Part shown: positions 1-13,028 of the stretch, in pieces
How positions within the stretch are numbered: the stretch's first letter is position 1
Layout: every line of letters starts with the position of its first letter
Assembly: GCF_963921235.1 (NCBI RefSeq)
Contig: NC_086128.1
Location: 42,284,001-42,348,000, forward strand
DNA: 64,000 bases
Source of the DNA: Mobula hypostoma
Lineage: Eukaryota
Direction: 5' to 3'
Translations under genes and position numbers: made by a program
The notes under the pieces: generated by a model
Databases searched by the model: none
What the model saw: only the letters and a program-made list of their open reading frames with translations
What the model was told of the DNA's origin: nothing

Positions 1-1849
1 ACAACATCAATTTCTTCTGGAAAAATGCTTTGAATTATTACCAGTGCTGAGGTACAATGTAGGCAGCAAAGCTGGGGTTCTGCCCTAAACTCAAATATTG
101 AAAGATATCTAGTGATAAGATGTTCATCTGGCTTGACTACTCCCACCCTTAACATCAAGGTCTGGACGCCACCCACACATTGGGTGTGGACTCAACCACC
201 TTGAGTACATTAACACAGTAGCCTAGCATCTTTTTCTTCCCAGAGGTCAGGTAATGAAGACTGATAATCCTCACGTTGCCTTCTTCGTGTACAAGCATTT
301 TTATCCTGCAAAGACATATATGAAGAAAGAATTATCTTTAGCTATTTCAGCTAATGGGATAAATTAAGGAATTTAATGGTCTACACCTCTCCAATTAAAA
401 TCAACAATATCTTTGTCACTTGTGTCTACTCCTGAATGCATGAGGGCTAGGATATGGAGAAGCTGAAGAGATTGTCATATCTTCAGTCTTCTTCCATAGC
501 ACTGAGCTCATCTCTCTCTGCCACGGCTGTTTCTTATGAAAATATATCACTTCACACTTTTTTACTAATGAATTCCATCTGCCACTTTTTATTTCACTCT
601 CCAGTATTCCAGTACACATCCACATTCAATAAAGTCTTGGTAATCTACTGCATCGTTTCCCTCAGGCTCTTGGAATATATCCTATTGCGATTTGGCATCT
701 TCTCTTTTTATTAAACTAATTTATCTGAATTTTCATTTTACTCAACATCTTCCTCTTCACCACTTAAAGATTCATCTTCTCTCTACTCTCCATGAAGGCA
801 ATGCACATGTCGACCAAACTGCCAGAGAAAGTAGTTGAAGCAGGTACAATAACGCCAGTTAAAAGACACTCGAAAAAGTAATAGATAGGAAAAGCTCAGA
901 GGGATACAAGCCAACTTCAGGCAAGTGGGACTAGCCTAGGTGGGCACCTTGGTTGACATGCTATATTATTTTTTGACTCTGAGTTATTTTCTCACGGAGA
1001 CAAAAGCAAAGTATTATAAAAGATCTCTGCTATTTCTGCTGTTTTAACAACTCTCTTTATTGATATACTTCTAAAATTACTGTAGCTTTTGTTGGACTTA
1101 AATTATTTTCTTTCCACATAACTCCACTTGTCTCTGCAAGTTCTCCTTGAAATAATTTTGCTTCCTTTTTCATATTATCTTTTTTATCATCTATACCATT
1201 CATAAATCCTTATAGTTCTACAGCACTTCTTCACTTATAACAGATTTCTATAACCATAGCACCTTGAAATGGTGCTGTCCACACTTCTCGCTGCCTCAGT
1301 AAAGCAGGCAATAAAGCATAATTAGAAATTTCACCCACCCCAGAAATTCTTTTCTTTTCAAATCTTTTTATTGTTATATTATACAGGAAAAATAACACAA
1401 GTACATTGAAGTAACAACACTTACAATGTCTCAAAAAAGACATTCTCTCTTCTCCTCTTCCACCAGGCTGAATGTCTGATAGCATGTACGACCAGGCTCA
1501 ACGGTAGCCTCTACCTTGCTGTTATAAGACTACTGAATGGTTCCCTAGTATGATAAGAAGGACTCTTGACACCACAATCTACCTTGTTGTGAGCTTACAC
1601 CTTATTGTTTACCTGCACTGCACTTTCTTTGTAGCGGTTACATTTTATTTTGTATTCTGTTATTGGTTTACCTTGTTTTGTCTCAATAGATGAGCAGTAT
1701 ACAAGACAAGCACAAGAGATTCTGCAGATGCTGGAAATCCAGAGTAACACAAACAAAATGCTGGAGGTACCTCAGCAGGTCGGACAGCATCTATTAAAAG
1801 GAATAAAGAGTCAACATTTCGGGCCTTGACCAGTGACCCTGATGAAGGG

Positions 1850-2030
1850 CAAACACGAGGAAATCTGCAGATGCTGGAATTTCAAGCAACACACACAAAA
1901 AATGCTGGTGAACACAGCAGGCCAGGTAGCATCTATAGGAAGAGGTACAGTCAACGTTTCGGGCCGAGACCCTTCATCAGGACTGACGAAGGGTCTCGGC
2001 CCGAAACGTTGACTGTACCTCTTCCTATAG
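1850..2030 (-). mobile_element. Penelope-like pLTR fragment with foldback hammerhead pair, nested in an older related element (~1715-2130)
   Basis: 48-bp inverted arms 1933-1980 and 1983-2030; flanked by duplicated CCTGATGAAGGG (1838-1849, 2036-2047). Confidence 0.8.
1948..1985 (-). ncRNA. Minimal type-I hammerhead ribozyme motif
   Basis: CAGTC-CTGATGA-A-GGGT(CTCG)GCCC-GAAA-CGTT-GACTG: 5-bp stem I, intact core, stem II, palindromic ACGT stem III, GUU cleavage triplet. Confidence 0.75.
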
Positions 2031-3189
2031 TGGATCCTGATGAAGGGTCCTGATTAAGGGTCTCAGCCTAAAACATCAACTCTTTATTCCTTTTTGACCT
2101 GCTGAGTTCCTTCAGCATTTTGTGTGTTTTATTGTGCAAGTCGAGCTTTTCACTGTACCTTGGTACATGTGACAACAATAAACCAATACCAATTCCAAAC
2201 TGTTGTCCTTTCTGTTTATGTTGGAATAAACAGAGTGTGAAGTTTGTTTTTGTTGCAGGATTCCTGTGTGGTTTCAGTGGCAAATATCTTTTCAAGAAAG
2301 TAACCATGCAAATAATTTAGAAAAGAGAAACAAAGGAAAATTCAGAATTCAAAAAATCCATCTTCTGCTCAGTGATTCCAGTCAGGAAGTGCCAGGGTGC
2401 AAATAGAATCACAGAGAAGATACAGCATGGATTAAGCCCACTGGCCGTTTGAGTCTACACTAACGATCAAGCACTTGTTTTTACTCTAATCTTCCTCTAA
2501 CCTATTTAATTTTCACATTCCCATCAATCTCCTCCACCATTCATCTACACACCAGGTTTAAAGCAGTCAATTAACCTACGAAACCTGATGTTTTTGGAAG
2601 AACCTCTCACTATCACATGGAGAACATGTAATTGCCATGCGGAGTTTAGGACAGAACACTGTTAGCAGGAGCTGTGAGGCAACATATCTACTAGCTGTGC
2701 CACTCTACCACCATTTAGAGGTGTACAATCAGAATATATAATACTGGATACATAATTAGATATTTATTTTTGTTTCTACCTTTCTCCTTCAATTTGTGTT
2801 AAGCTCATGAATCACCAGCAGAGCAGGCTACAGACCAAATGCTGGTAAAGGGATTGATATGTGATGCTTAGATTGGACACAGCCGGTGAAGGGCTCTTGT
2901 TTTGTGCTGTATGAATCTAAGGCTTTGGCCTATTGCAGTTGACCCAAAAGCACCAACTGGATTGTTATCAATATCAAAAGCAAACTACTAGAAATGCCAG
3001 AAATCTGAAACTATATAAAAAAGGAAGATACAGCAAGTTAGGCAGCGTCTGTGGAGAACGAAACAGAGTTTACCTCTTTTGATGGTCAAGGACCTGAAGC
3101 GTTTCTCTCTTCCAGAATGTTGCCTTCCTTACCAGGTATCTCCGACATTTTTGTTGCTTTTCCCTCTTAAGATAGCAATTATTAACATT

Positions 3190-3510
3190 TACCTTTGCGA
3201 TCTTTATCCAGTGAGAGCAGGCTATTTAGCAAGATCACGATCTCATTCTCCAGGTTTCACGGATATTTCACTAAACGATTTCATTCGTCCGACAAGTGAC
3301 ATCAACAGCGACGTCAGCGTTGAGAGGTTGAAACTTCAAGGAGCGTATGATTTTGCCTTGATTGTAATCGCCGTATGGAAAGCGAGGTTTGTCACCGTTG
3401 GTTTGCTGTCCGACAAACCCGGGGAAGAGAACGTAAGTGGTTCAGTCATTGAGACGTCCGGTGTTATTGCTGGCTGCGGTTCGCCGCGCTTGGCCGCCCT
3501 CAGAACGCGA
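3190..3510. promoter_or_regulatory. CpG-rich G6PC3 promoter/5'UTR, possibly bidirectional
   Basis: Clear CpG enrichment versus flanks immediately upstream of the ATG; CRE-like GACGTCA near 3310; a minus-strand donor-like AAG|gtaaat at 3193/3192. Confidence 0.6.
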
Positions 3511-3727
3511 TGGAGCCGCTTTACAAGCACGGTATCCAAATGGCTGAGTTTCTGCAGCAAACTCTCGGTGGCTTTGAAAAGAGTATGCTCTTTATGAGTT
3601 GGATCGGGGATCCCAGAACCTCTTTTTTTATTTACTTCCCTGTAACGTACTACCTCAACAGAAAGATTGGGATTTCAGTGTTGTGGATCACTGTACTTAC
3701 TGAATGGTTGAACTTAGTATTTAAATG
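3510..3727 (+). CDS. G6PC3: Glucose-6-phosphatase 3, coding exon 1 (218 nt)
   Basis: MEPLYKHGIQMAEFLQ...GDPRTSFFIYFPVTYY...TEWLNLVFKW resembles the G6PC3 N-terminus; donor TG|gtaagt at 3727/3728. Confidence 0.95.
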
Positions 3728-4681
3728 GTAAGTTTCTCTTTATTGGGTCCAATTTTCTTTCTCCCTTCCAATGTATCCACGACCACTGTCGTTTCCCATT
3801 CTCCAAGGATGGTGATTGAATCATTGATATGCCCTTTGATGCTGTAACTCAAACATTCTTATTTGCACCTAATTAATGGCTTTTTAAGTATGCAGTGAAC
3901 GGTCATTTCTAGTGCTGAGGTATTTTACTGCCTATCTGTTAGTGATAATCATCAGGTGAGATGAGGGAGTGCCCTTTTCGTCGCTGGATTGTTTGGGTCA
4001 ATGTTAAAACCGCTAATTCACTATTGGAATGTTGTGTTGAGGAAACTTATTGAACAGCTTTTATTGCTTTTGCAAAATGGTTGCTTCATTGGCCTTCATA
4101 AAAAACTTTATTATGTAAAGCTTGTTTCAAAAAATAATCATGTATAATAGAATATAAACCATATATTTTATAGTTGAGATTACAAACTGAAGTGTCAAAA
4201 TTGAAAGGAAGAGATTCGGTATCAAGCTCTAATGTCTTAAAATTGTTAGCCTAGAAGATAAAGTGAAGATCAACGTCTGTAACTATAGTTCCTCTTGAGG
4301 AAGGCGTTAGTGTAAAGTAGAGCTATCAACTTTGGGAGGATGTATCCTTGTAAGTTCAGAAACATTACTTCCTCTCTTCAAACCTCATGTCCCTACAAGC
4401 GACACAAATTATATGAGAGCGTGGCCATCCAAGATAGATTGGGTGTGTATTCTGGTTGCTATCCAGATCAGAATAATTTACCCAGTAAGATTAACATTAA
4501 GAGAGTTGAAAGTTTCAGATGTAATTGTGTTTCATCCTTAGATATTTCAGTTGTATGTTTGAGGTTCTTGTGTTTACAGTGATGGTTGAGATGGGTATAA
4601 AATGATTAGGTTTTGATTGTTTTGCTTTTGTACCTGAGAACAGCTTTAAGGGGTGTCCTCACAAAGCCCCTCCTTCTCATT

Positions 4682-4776
4682 CAACACACGCAAAATGCTG
4701 GAGGAACGCAGCAGGCCAGGCAGCATCTATGGAAAAAAGTACAGTCGATGTTTCGGGCTGAAACCCTTCGGCAGGA
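4682..4776 (-). mobile_element. Short Penelope-like pLTR fragment with degenerate hammerhead
   Basis: Same family; core mutated to CTGCCGA; TSD cctcct(t/c)ctcatt at 4669-4681 and 4777-4789. Confidence 0.75.
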
Positions 4777-4811
4777 CCTCCTCCTCATTGCTTGATGCTT
4801 TATTGATAGAG

Positions 4812-5120
4812 TACATGGTGGCATAGGAGCAATTGTTGCTTCCTCGCAGCTCCAGATTTAATCCAGAACTCAGATGCACCTGTATGGAGTTTGCACATTT
4901 TCCCTGTGATTGTGTGGGTTTACACTGGGTGTTTGGTTTTCTCCTGTGCTGATGGGTTAATTAGCTACTGTAGAAAAACTGTAAGGGACTAAAGGGGAAT
5001 TGATGGGATGAAAAAAATGGCAATGCAATAGGCAAATAAGGAGCAGAAATGGAACTGATGGGATAGCTTTGGCAGCCAGCCACAACTTGATGGCCTGAAT
5101 GGCCTCCTGTATCACAATAA
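4812..5120 (+). mobile_element. tRNA-derived SINE (HE1-like), degenerate
   Basis: TGGCATAG A-box-like head, body GAGTTTGCACATTTTCCCTGTG...GTGGGTTT, CR1-like tail ggcctgaatggcctcct. Confidence 0.55.
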
Positions 5121-5947
5121 GTAATCCTTCTCATTGCAGAACACTATAGAGACATGGAATATCCAGACACTATTAGGCACAGAGTATCTGTTTCAATATT
5201 AATTTAGAAAATGAGTTAAATTAAAATATAACTTTCTTTACTCCTCTTCTCACTAGACCATCTTTTTATATATTTAAGATTACATAATGTTGAAACCATC
5301 CCTGTAAAGATGAAAGAAGAGCCTGCCATTTTAAAACTAAACTACATAGTTCAAAAACCTGCCAAATTTGATTACTGGGCAGCATTGTGTCAGAAGAGTA
5401 ACTTGAGGACGTGGGGTGTTGGGTATTGAATGTAGTTGGATTCAACAGTGGGAGAGACAAAATATTGGCAATATTTTCTGATTATGATTGCTGCTGCACA
5501 ATGAGCTTATCCCACCATAAATCACTTACAGAGAACAGAGAGTAAAACTGGATTATTTTGAACAGTAAATTGAAAATATCATCAAACACGTTTTGGCAAA
5601 AAGATCGTATCCTTAAATGTGAATATAAATATCTATTAAGGGGAGTTAACTTTTTTCCTTTTTGTTGACTATTTCCGTATTTTAACTTTGACTACGTTAT
5701 CTGTTTGCTGTAGATTAATGCTTCAATCATTTCTCAGTTGACAACAATTTATGTGCAATTTAATGATGAATGTTGAGAGGATATTTTAATGGGAGAGTCA
5801 ATTGCACTTGAACTATATTTGCCTAGAAATTCAATAACATAACATGATTTTTTTCCAGTTTTATGCACTTTGAAATAAGATTTTCTTTCTGCAGTGAAAT
5901 GCAATAGTAACATATTTAGATACAGTACTTTGAAAATTCAGCTGAAT

Positions 5948-6533
5948 CACCTACATTGGAAGATTGGCATGAAATCATTTTGGGAATATTTAAAATGGAA
6001 AAGATGATCTACTCTCTGAGAATTCAAAAGGAAAAATTTTTATCAAATTTGGAACAAATGGATTGAATTTATAACCCCAGAGCGAGCAGACTTTAGGTGA
6101 CTCTCCTAATGGTTTATATTGTTTGTCTCACCAACATAGTAATAGTGTTAACGTAAGCACCCTTGGCTCGAATGTTTACTGTTCTTTTTTTTTAGAAAAT
6201 GTGGAATTAAGACAAGAAAAGATCTGGGGAAATTTTGGACCAGAAAGAAATGGACCAAAAGAGATGCATGGAAATTAGTATTCAACTACTATTATTAATA
6301 TTTTTTATAACAACTATTATCATTACTTATTTTAATAGAGTGGAATTACAATTGCACATAAACATCTATTTGAGTGCCTAATTATTTTCTATATTATCTC
6401 AATGTGCACTTGTGAATGTACAAATTAATATAGATTTACTCACATAAAAAAATGGAAAAGGTTATATATGTAAAAAACAGTTTGTGTATTACTTGTGAAT
6501 ACCTTATCTAAATAAAAATAAAATTTTAAAAAA
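5948..6533 (+). mobile_element. L1/Tx1-type LINE, 5'-truncated 3' end
   Basis: Reads PTLEDWHEIILGIFKMEKMIYSLRIQKEK..QIWNKW (L1-clade ORF2 C-terminus), followed by AATAAA and an A-rich tail; perfect 16-bp TSD GAAAATTCAGCTGAAT (5932-5947, 6534-6549). Confidence 0.8.
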
Positions 6534-6822
6534 GAAAATTCAGCTGAATATGACTCTCCCTTGCACTGAGGATGGGGCTGCAGGAAATGCCATTCTTCAT
6601 TTTTCCTTTTGAACCCTTATGGGAATATTTGGACAAAATTGTCACTGAAATTACTATTGTTTATTATTCCTTGAAAAACCCTGTCCTGCATCTCCCTCAG
6701 TTTAATGAAATAAATTTCTTATCATGGTTTTGAAGAGTGGCTGAAATGAAATCTTGAAAGTGTAATCTTGGCAAATATCAGTTTTACAGATCAAATTTGA
6801 GTGTTTCTTACTTTCCTAATAG

Positions 6823-6932
6823 GTTGCTGTTTGGTGAGCGTCCATTTTGGTGGATTCATGAATCGGGGGTCTATAGTAAGCACCAGATGCCAAAGTTACA
6901 GCAATTTTTCTGCTCCTGTGAAACTGGTCCAG
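6823..6932 (+). CDS. G6PC3: G6PC3 coding exon 2 (110 nt)
   Basis: Acceptor ttcctaatag|G; encodes [15 protein letters not shown]...CSCETGP (PAP2 motif 1, KxxxxxxRP); donor G|gtttgt; phase fits exon 1. Confidence 0.95.
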
Positions 6933-8739
6933 GTTTGTTACAATGGAGTACAATATGACTTTTAAATGTATACTTGCTAGCTGCTTATTTTCAGAGAGTT
7001 CAGTCACAAATTAACATTTTAAATTTATTTAGAGGAATTAGGTTTCAAAGTTTGTAGTTAGAATTATTTTTAAAAATGTTTCAATACATATCTCTACTGT
7101 TAGGGTTTGTTTTAAATGTCACACGTTTACCCAAATCTTACTTCTATGAGAAAATAGTTGCAGTAAATTATCAGTCTAAGAACACATTTTATTGAATGCA
7201 GAACTGACTTGAATCTGCCAGTTTCAATATGTTTTATTAATTAGCAAATTAAAATTGAAAATTTGCTAATCTTCTCACAGTGTGGTCATTTTTAATGTGT
7301 CCAGTTGTTCGCTGTTCATTTGGTTGCTATTCAGGTAATTCTGACCTTCAATTAGAAGGCTTACCTTGAAGAAGCTTACATTTTCTCTCTACACCCCTTT
7401 AACATCTTTCAAAGTTTTTCTTTTTCACTGTATTAGTCTTTGCATCAATGCAAGTAGCAACTGGAGCTGTCCATTTGGTTCCCTTTCCAAATATCCTATC
7501 TAGCAAACCTCCTGGAAACTACCAATGGAAAAACCTTTCCTGTGCTGACATTGTGGACTCTGCCATCAATGACTTTTTGCTACCCCTCCCCCTTCTTCCT
7601 TTAGAATATTTCCTTCCTTGTAAAATCAGATTCCTGTCTTCCCTGACCCAATTGCAGATGATTGAAGTGATGGGAATCTGGCAAAGAGCTGGTGTTTTTC
7701 ACTAATGAAACTTCCTTACCTAATTGTGCTTTTCATGGCTTTCCTCACCCACACTCCTGCATTTATAATGTGACTTTTCATCGAAAAATATTTTGCTCCA
7801 CTCTTTTGACATATTTTCTTGTCTGACTCTCCAATCTTATTTCAGTTCTGCCAACTATTATTTAATATTCTTAAACTCTACCACCTGCTCAAGTACCACA
7901 CTGTATTTTTGACAAGGCATCGTCACTGCTTTTCTTACTCCCTTTCTGTTCCATTTCATTTTATTCTCAGTAATTTCAATTTTTTATCTCTATGCACTCT
8001 CTCCTCTGAGTTTACTATCTTCCTTTTAGTTCATACAGCTCCTCGCCTTCCCCATAAAAACACCCTCATCTGTACTTACCATCTCACAAGCCTCACTACT
8101 GTGCCAATCACATAAATGGTCAAATAATGTTTCTTCTGTGCACCAATCTCCATCTGCATCCCATTTTTCCTTCCTAATCTCACTTGTTTCTGTGACCAGA
8201 TGCTGCCTGACTTGTGGAGAATTCACAACATTTTCTGTTTCTGCAAAAAGGTGACTATTTCCTCTCGCCCTTTCTCAGGCTTCCACATCCTTCCTACAAT
8301 GAGGTGACCAAAACTGATCACAAAATTGCAAGTGTGGTCTAACCAGGGTTTTATAGAGTTGTAGCATTACCTTGTGGCTCTTGAACTCAATCCTCCATAG
8401 ATTCCTGAGATTATGTCCATGGCTGTGAACTGGTACCTTTCCTTCCTCTTTCCAAATTTATCTTGTCTATCAGGTCCATTTTTTCCCCTGAACCTTACTC
8501 CACCCAAACTGGTGAGCATGTAACTTTTCTTCCTGGCCTGTAACTAGCTTAATTGGGCACTCTTCCCTTTTCTCGGTTTTATCCCCCACCTTACAAATCT
8601 GCCATCTTCACCCTCAAGCTATCATGCTGTCTCCAAGCAACCTTTTATCTCCAAAATTGTAACATAGAACAGCACTACACAGGAATAGGGCCTTCAGCCC
8701 ATGATGTCTCTGCTGACCATTTTGCCAAGTTACACTAAT

Positions 8740-9450
8740 ACAGGTGTCGTTGTACATCAGTCACTGAAAGCAAGCATGCAAGTACAGCAGGCAGTGAAGA
8801 AAGCTAATGGCATGTTGGCCTTCATAACAAGGGGAATTGAGTATAAGAGCAAAGAGGTCCTTCTGCAGCTGTACAGGGCCCTGGTGAGACCACACCTGGA
8901 GTATTGTGTGCAGTTTTGGTCTCCAAATTTGAGGAAGGACATTCTTGCTATTGAGGGAGTGCAGCATAGGTTCACAAGGTTAATTCCCGGGATGGTGGGA
9001 CTGTCATATGTTGAAAGATTGGAGCGACTGGCTTGTATACTCTGGAATTTAGAAGGCTGAGAGGGGATCTTATTGAAACATATAAGATTATTAAGGGATT
9101 GGACATGCTGGAAGCAGAAAGCATGTTCCTACTGATGGGTGAGTCCAGAACCAGAGGCCACAGTTTAAGAATAAGGGGTAGGCCATTTAGAACGGAGTTG
9201 AGGAAAAACTTTTTCACCCAGAGAGTGGTGGATATATGGAATGCTGTGCCCCAGAAGGCTGTGGAGGCCAAGTCTCTGGATGCTTTCAAGAAAGAGATGG
9301 ATAGAGCTCTTAAAGAGAGCGGAATCAAAGGTTATGGGGATCAGGCAGGAACTGGATACTGATTGTGGATGATCAGCCATGATCACAGTGAATGGCGGTG
9401 CTGGCTCAAAGGGCTGAATGGCCTACTCCTGCACCTATTGTCTGTTGTCT
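8740..9450 (+). mobile_element. CR1/HER1-type LINE 3' fragment inserted in an older minus-strand CR1 tail
   Basis: RT C-terminus LVRPHLEYCVQFWSP...LRGDLIETYK...FFTQRVV with one frameshift; (CTATTGT)-type tail; near-identical to 36540-37241; the host element resumes at 9451. Confidence 0.9.
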
Positions 9451-10420
9451 AATCCCATCTGTCTTTGTGTGGTCCATAATCACTCATTGCTTGCCTGATC
9501 ATGTGCCTGTCTAAATGCCTTTTAAATGTCACTATCATATCTAGTAGTGCATTCCTGGCATCTGTTACTTAAAAAAACTTGTTTCATGTCTCCTTTAAAT
9601 TTTCCTTCTCTCACTGTACCCCCTAATATTTGATATTTCCATTGTAGGGGAATAAAATAACATCTTGAAATTGTTCTCTTCTCAAATGCATACCCATCTT
9701 CTCTCCAGTTGTTGATTATCTGCCCCTCTATCTTCTACTGTAGCACCTGTGAACATTCCTGGAATTTTGTTTTGGATGTTTCAGTTTGTTAAAGTCCCAA
9801 TGTAAATGCAAGTCATTATTGATCATTGGACAATGACTGCCCACTGGTATTGTGGTCCCAAGAATTGTTTACCCCATCCTGTGGTTCTGGCTTTGACTAA
9901 GATGTTCCATTCAGCTCAAGGACTCAAAATGCTAACTCAATCCACTATCCCTATCATACAAATGCATGAATCTACAGTTGTTTATTGTGGAGTAATACAG
10001 GTATAAATGGTTGTTAATGAACAAAAAAATAATAAAAGTATACTCACAATTTTCAATCTCTACTAATGACAGCCACAGAAGGCTAGAACTAACAAGTGAC
10101 AGGAAATATTTTATTATAATTAATTCATGAGTGCATTCATTAGATTCCTTTTTATTTTTAATTAAATGTAGCTGTGAATTATTATCAGGACACATTTTTA
10201 AAACTGAAGTACTGTTATAATTCACACTATATTTCAGGTATGCAATTATTTTCATAATTGACTGAGATCCTATGAACATTCTATGGCCTGGTTACTATAC
10301 CTATCTCTGCATTACAGACAGCTCGGATTCAGCTCTTGGAATCATTGTTGCATCAGATCTGTGACTTGTGATCTGGGAAATAAAATGCGAGTTCACTTGT
10401 AATGTTTGTTTATGCTTCAG

Positions 10421-10511
10421 GCAGTCCGTCAGGCCATGCGATGATCACAGCTGCAGCTTGGTGGCTTATGATGACCAGTTTTTCTACATTCATTTACAAT
10501 CGCACTAGGAG
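10421..10511 (+). CDS. G6PC3: G6PC3 coding exon 3 (91 nt)
   Basis: Acceptor tgcttcag|GC; encodes GSPSGHAMITAAAWWLMMTSFSTFIYNRTR (PSGH catalytic motif); donor AG|gtttgt. Confidence 0.95.
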
Positions 10512-11924
10512 GTTTGTGCTGCTTTAACTGATTAAACATAAAAATAGTTAAGAAATGTCACAACCCTGAAACACCGATTGTATAACTCACCCCCCTCACT
10601 GACAGTTACCTCCCTTTCTGAAGGAATTGAATGTTGTTTGCTTATTGTTTCATTGGGATCATTGGGCCCTGGTGATTTATTGTCTTCCAGTCAAATTAAT
10701 TTCTCCTATACAGAGGCTCCTCAAATTACTGATGGCTTGACATATGGAAATACAACTTTCTTGAAATTCCCCTGTGTATGTTTAAACCTTTTTTAAGCTA
10801 GTAATAATAAAATGTTTATTACGTTCATTAATAACTGGATGTGGTATACAGTATATTCCATTGCTATAACAATGGATTACATTAGAGTGATCATTCAATT
10901 AAATGAATGAATTATACCAAGTGTGTGTAAAGCAGTACAATATGAGTACTATAGAAAATAAACAATTAAATTAAATTACAGACAGTTCACAAGAATGGCA
11001 CATGGGGACTACTGTACTTATTTTCAGCAATATTAATTTCTTTGAGCTGCTCATTTACTCCAGACCTACACCCTCCTCCATTTCTGAAACGAAAATGAAT
11101 AAAGCTGCAGATGCTGGTATCTGAAGCAAAAAATATTGGAAGAACTCAGCCAATCAAGCAGCATCTGTGGAAATAAATGTTAATATGCACTATTGCTTCC
11201 TGATGATTCAAAGTACATTTATTATCAAAGTATGTATACTATATAAAACCTTGAGATTTGTTGCCTTACGGGCAGCCACAAAACAAAGAAACCCAATAAA
11301 ACCCATTTTAAAAAAGACTGTCAGACACCCAATGATCAGAAATTGTGCAATCTATAAAAATAAGCAAACAACATTCAGAACTGAAGTTCACAAAAGTGAG
11401 TCTACAGTCACAGCTGATCCAGGAGCCTGTTAGTTGCAGGCCACAGCCTCAAACAGCGGGTTGTTCCTCGCTCACAGACCCGGGCCTTGCTCCTTCGATA
11501 GGTTCTTGGGGCTCGAGCTCCACCGCTTCAATTCGGCCCATTTATGCCACACTGCAACGTCCTGCACTTTCATGACTCCAGTTCATGCTGCAAAAATGTC
11601 AGGTCATACAGGCAGTTCAAAAGCTCGACTCCAAAAGGGAAGTCACAGGCTATTGATTGAATTGATTGTTTTCTAGAAAAAGTGTGATTAATAAGGTAGT
11701 TAATAGTTGTTTTTGCTGTTAGCAAGTCATCGTCGTGCTTCATCAGTGCCATTTTCAATGGGAAAATTGTGGGGTTTTCATTAGCCATTTGGCTACCAGT
11801 ACTGCTGCTTTCACTTTCTAACTTCCTCCTCATCAAACCCTCCCACCAACTATTTAGATTAAGGGCAATATGCTAACTTGTAGTTCACTGGGACACTAGT
11901 CCTAGCTTTATTCCTGCTTTTGCC

Positions 11925-12135
11925 TTTAAGGAATCTCTCTGTTCTCCCTGTAACCATGTGGGCTTCCTCCGGGTGCTCCAGTTTCCTTCCACAGTCTGAA
12001 GATGTACCATTTGGTAGGTTAATTGGTCATTGTAAATTGCCCCGTGATTAGGCTGGGATTACATTAGGGGCTTGCTGGGGGGCGTGGCTTGAGGGTCTGG
12101 AGGGGCCTATTCTGTGCTGTATCTCAATAAATAAA
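11925..12135 (+). mobile_element. SINE body (HE1-like)
   Basis: GTTCTCCCTGTAACCATGTGGGCTTCCTCCGGGTGCTCCAGTTTCC core shared with other SINE copies; (AATA)n tail. Confidence 0.6.
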
Positions 12136-12909
12136 TAAAGATAAGCCCATCCCAATGGAACAGCTTCCTCTTTCCCAGTACTGTTGCCAGTGCCCTATGA
12201 ATTGAAACCCATTATTCTAATATTAACATTGAATCCCACATCCATTTTCCTTACTTCCTCTTTGCCAATTTTCACATATTTCAGACAGTAATCCAAAGAT
12301 TATTACATTTATAATGCAGTTTGTCATATTTTAGCAGAACCTGCTTTGTCCTTTCAATTGTCATCGGTTCCTTAGCCCTGGCACTAAGCTGACAACACAG
12401 CCTTTGGGATTTGCGCTCATACCTGTAGAGAATATTACCTACTCCTCCAACTGTACTGTTGTTATTACACCACTCTTCATTCCCCCAGGGAAAAGCCATA
12501 CTCTTCCTGTGTCATTTGACTATCAATTTTCATCGGACTAAATCTCAGTAGGGCGATTGTTTCAGATGGTTCTCCACTCCCTGAGGCAGGGTTTAGTGTC
12601 AAACCCTAGTTCATCTAGTTCATTCAAAGTGTCCTGTATATATGATGCACTTGCACACTGAGACTGCTGGTAAGACTCCAAGCCATCCATTGTCTCTTTT
12701 AACTTTTAACTTTTCATTGTTAGTGAAATCCTGAAGTCAATCTCCTTCTGCTCTCTGTCGATGCCCTCCAGCTACCCTGTTCTTAGACTTGATTTTGACA
12801 TTGGGTACCTAAAGTGCAGAATCCCTTCCTAGTTAATCAAATATTGTATTTCTATACATTTCAACAATTAAAATATGCCAATAATAATGTTTTTTTTATC
12901 TACTTTAAG

Positions 12910-13028
12910 CACACTGGCAAGGAACATTCCTGTAGTATTGTATATCGCTCTGCTGCTGACAATTGGCATCTCCAGAATATTTATTTTGGCTCATTTTCCA
13001 CATCAAGTACTTGCTGGAATAATTACAG
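12910..13028 (+). CDS. G6PC3: G6PC3 coding exon 4 (119 nt)
   Basis: Acceptor tactttaag|C; encodes [39 protein letters not shown] (SRxxxxxHxxxQ motif); donor G|gttaga. Confidence 0.95.

Noticed and set aside
416-1260. Minus-strand ORF-like sequence as possible exons of a neighbouring gene
   Set aside because: Contains decayed CR1 motifs (KWQMEF..KCEVI-like) with stops; no host-gene similarity recognised.
3079-3597. 172-aa ORF overlapping the G6PC3 promoter and exon 1
   Set aside because: Non-ATG start, begins in a repeat, no recognisable homology; probably a by-product of GC-rich promoter sequence.
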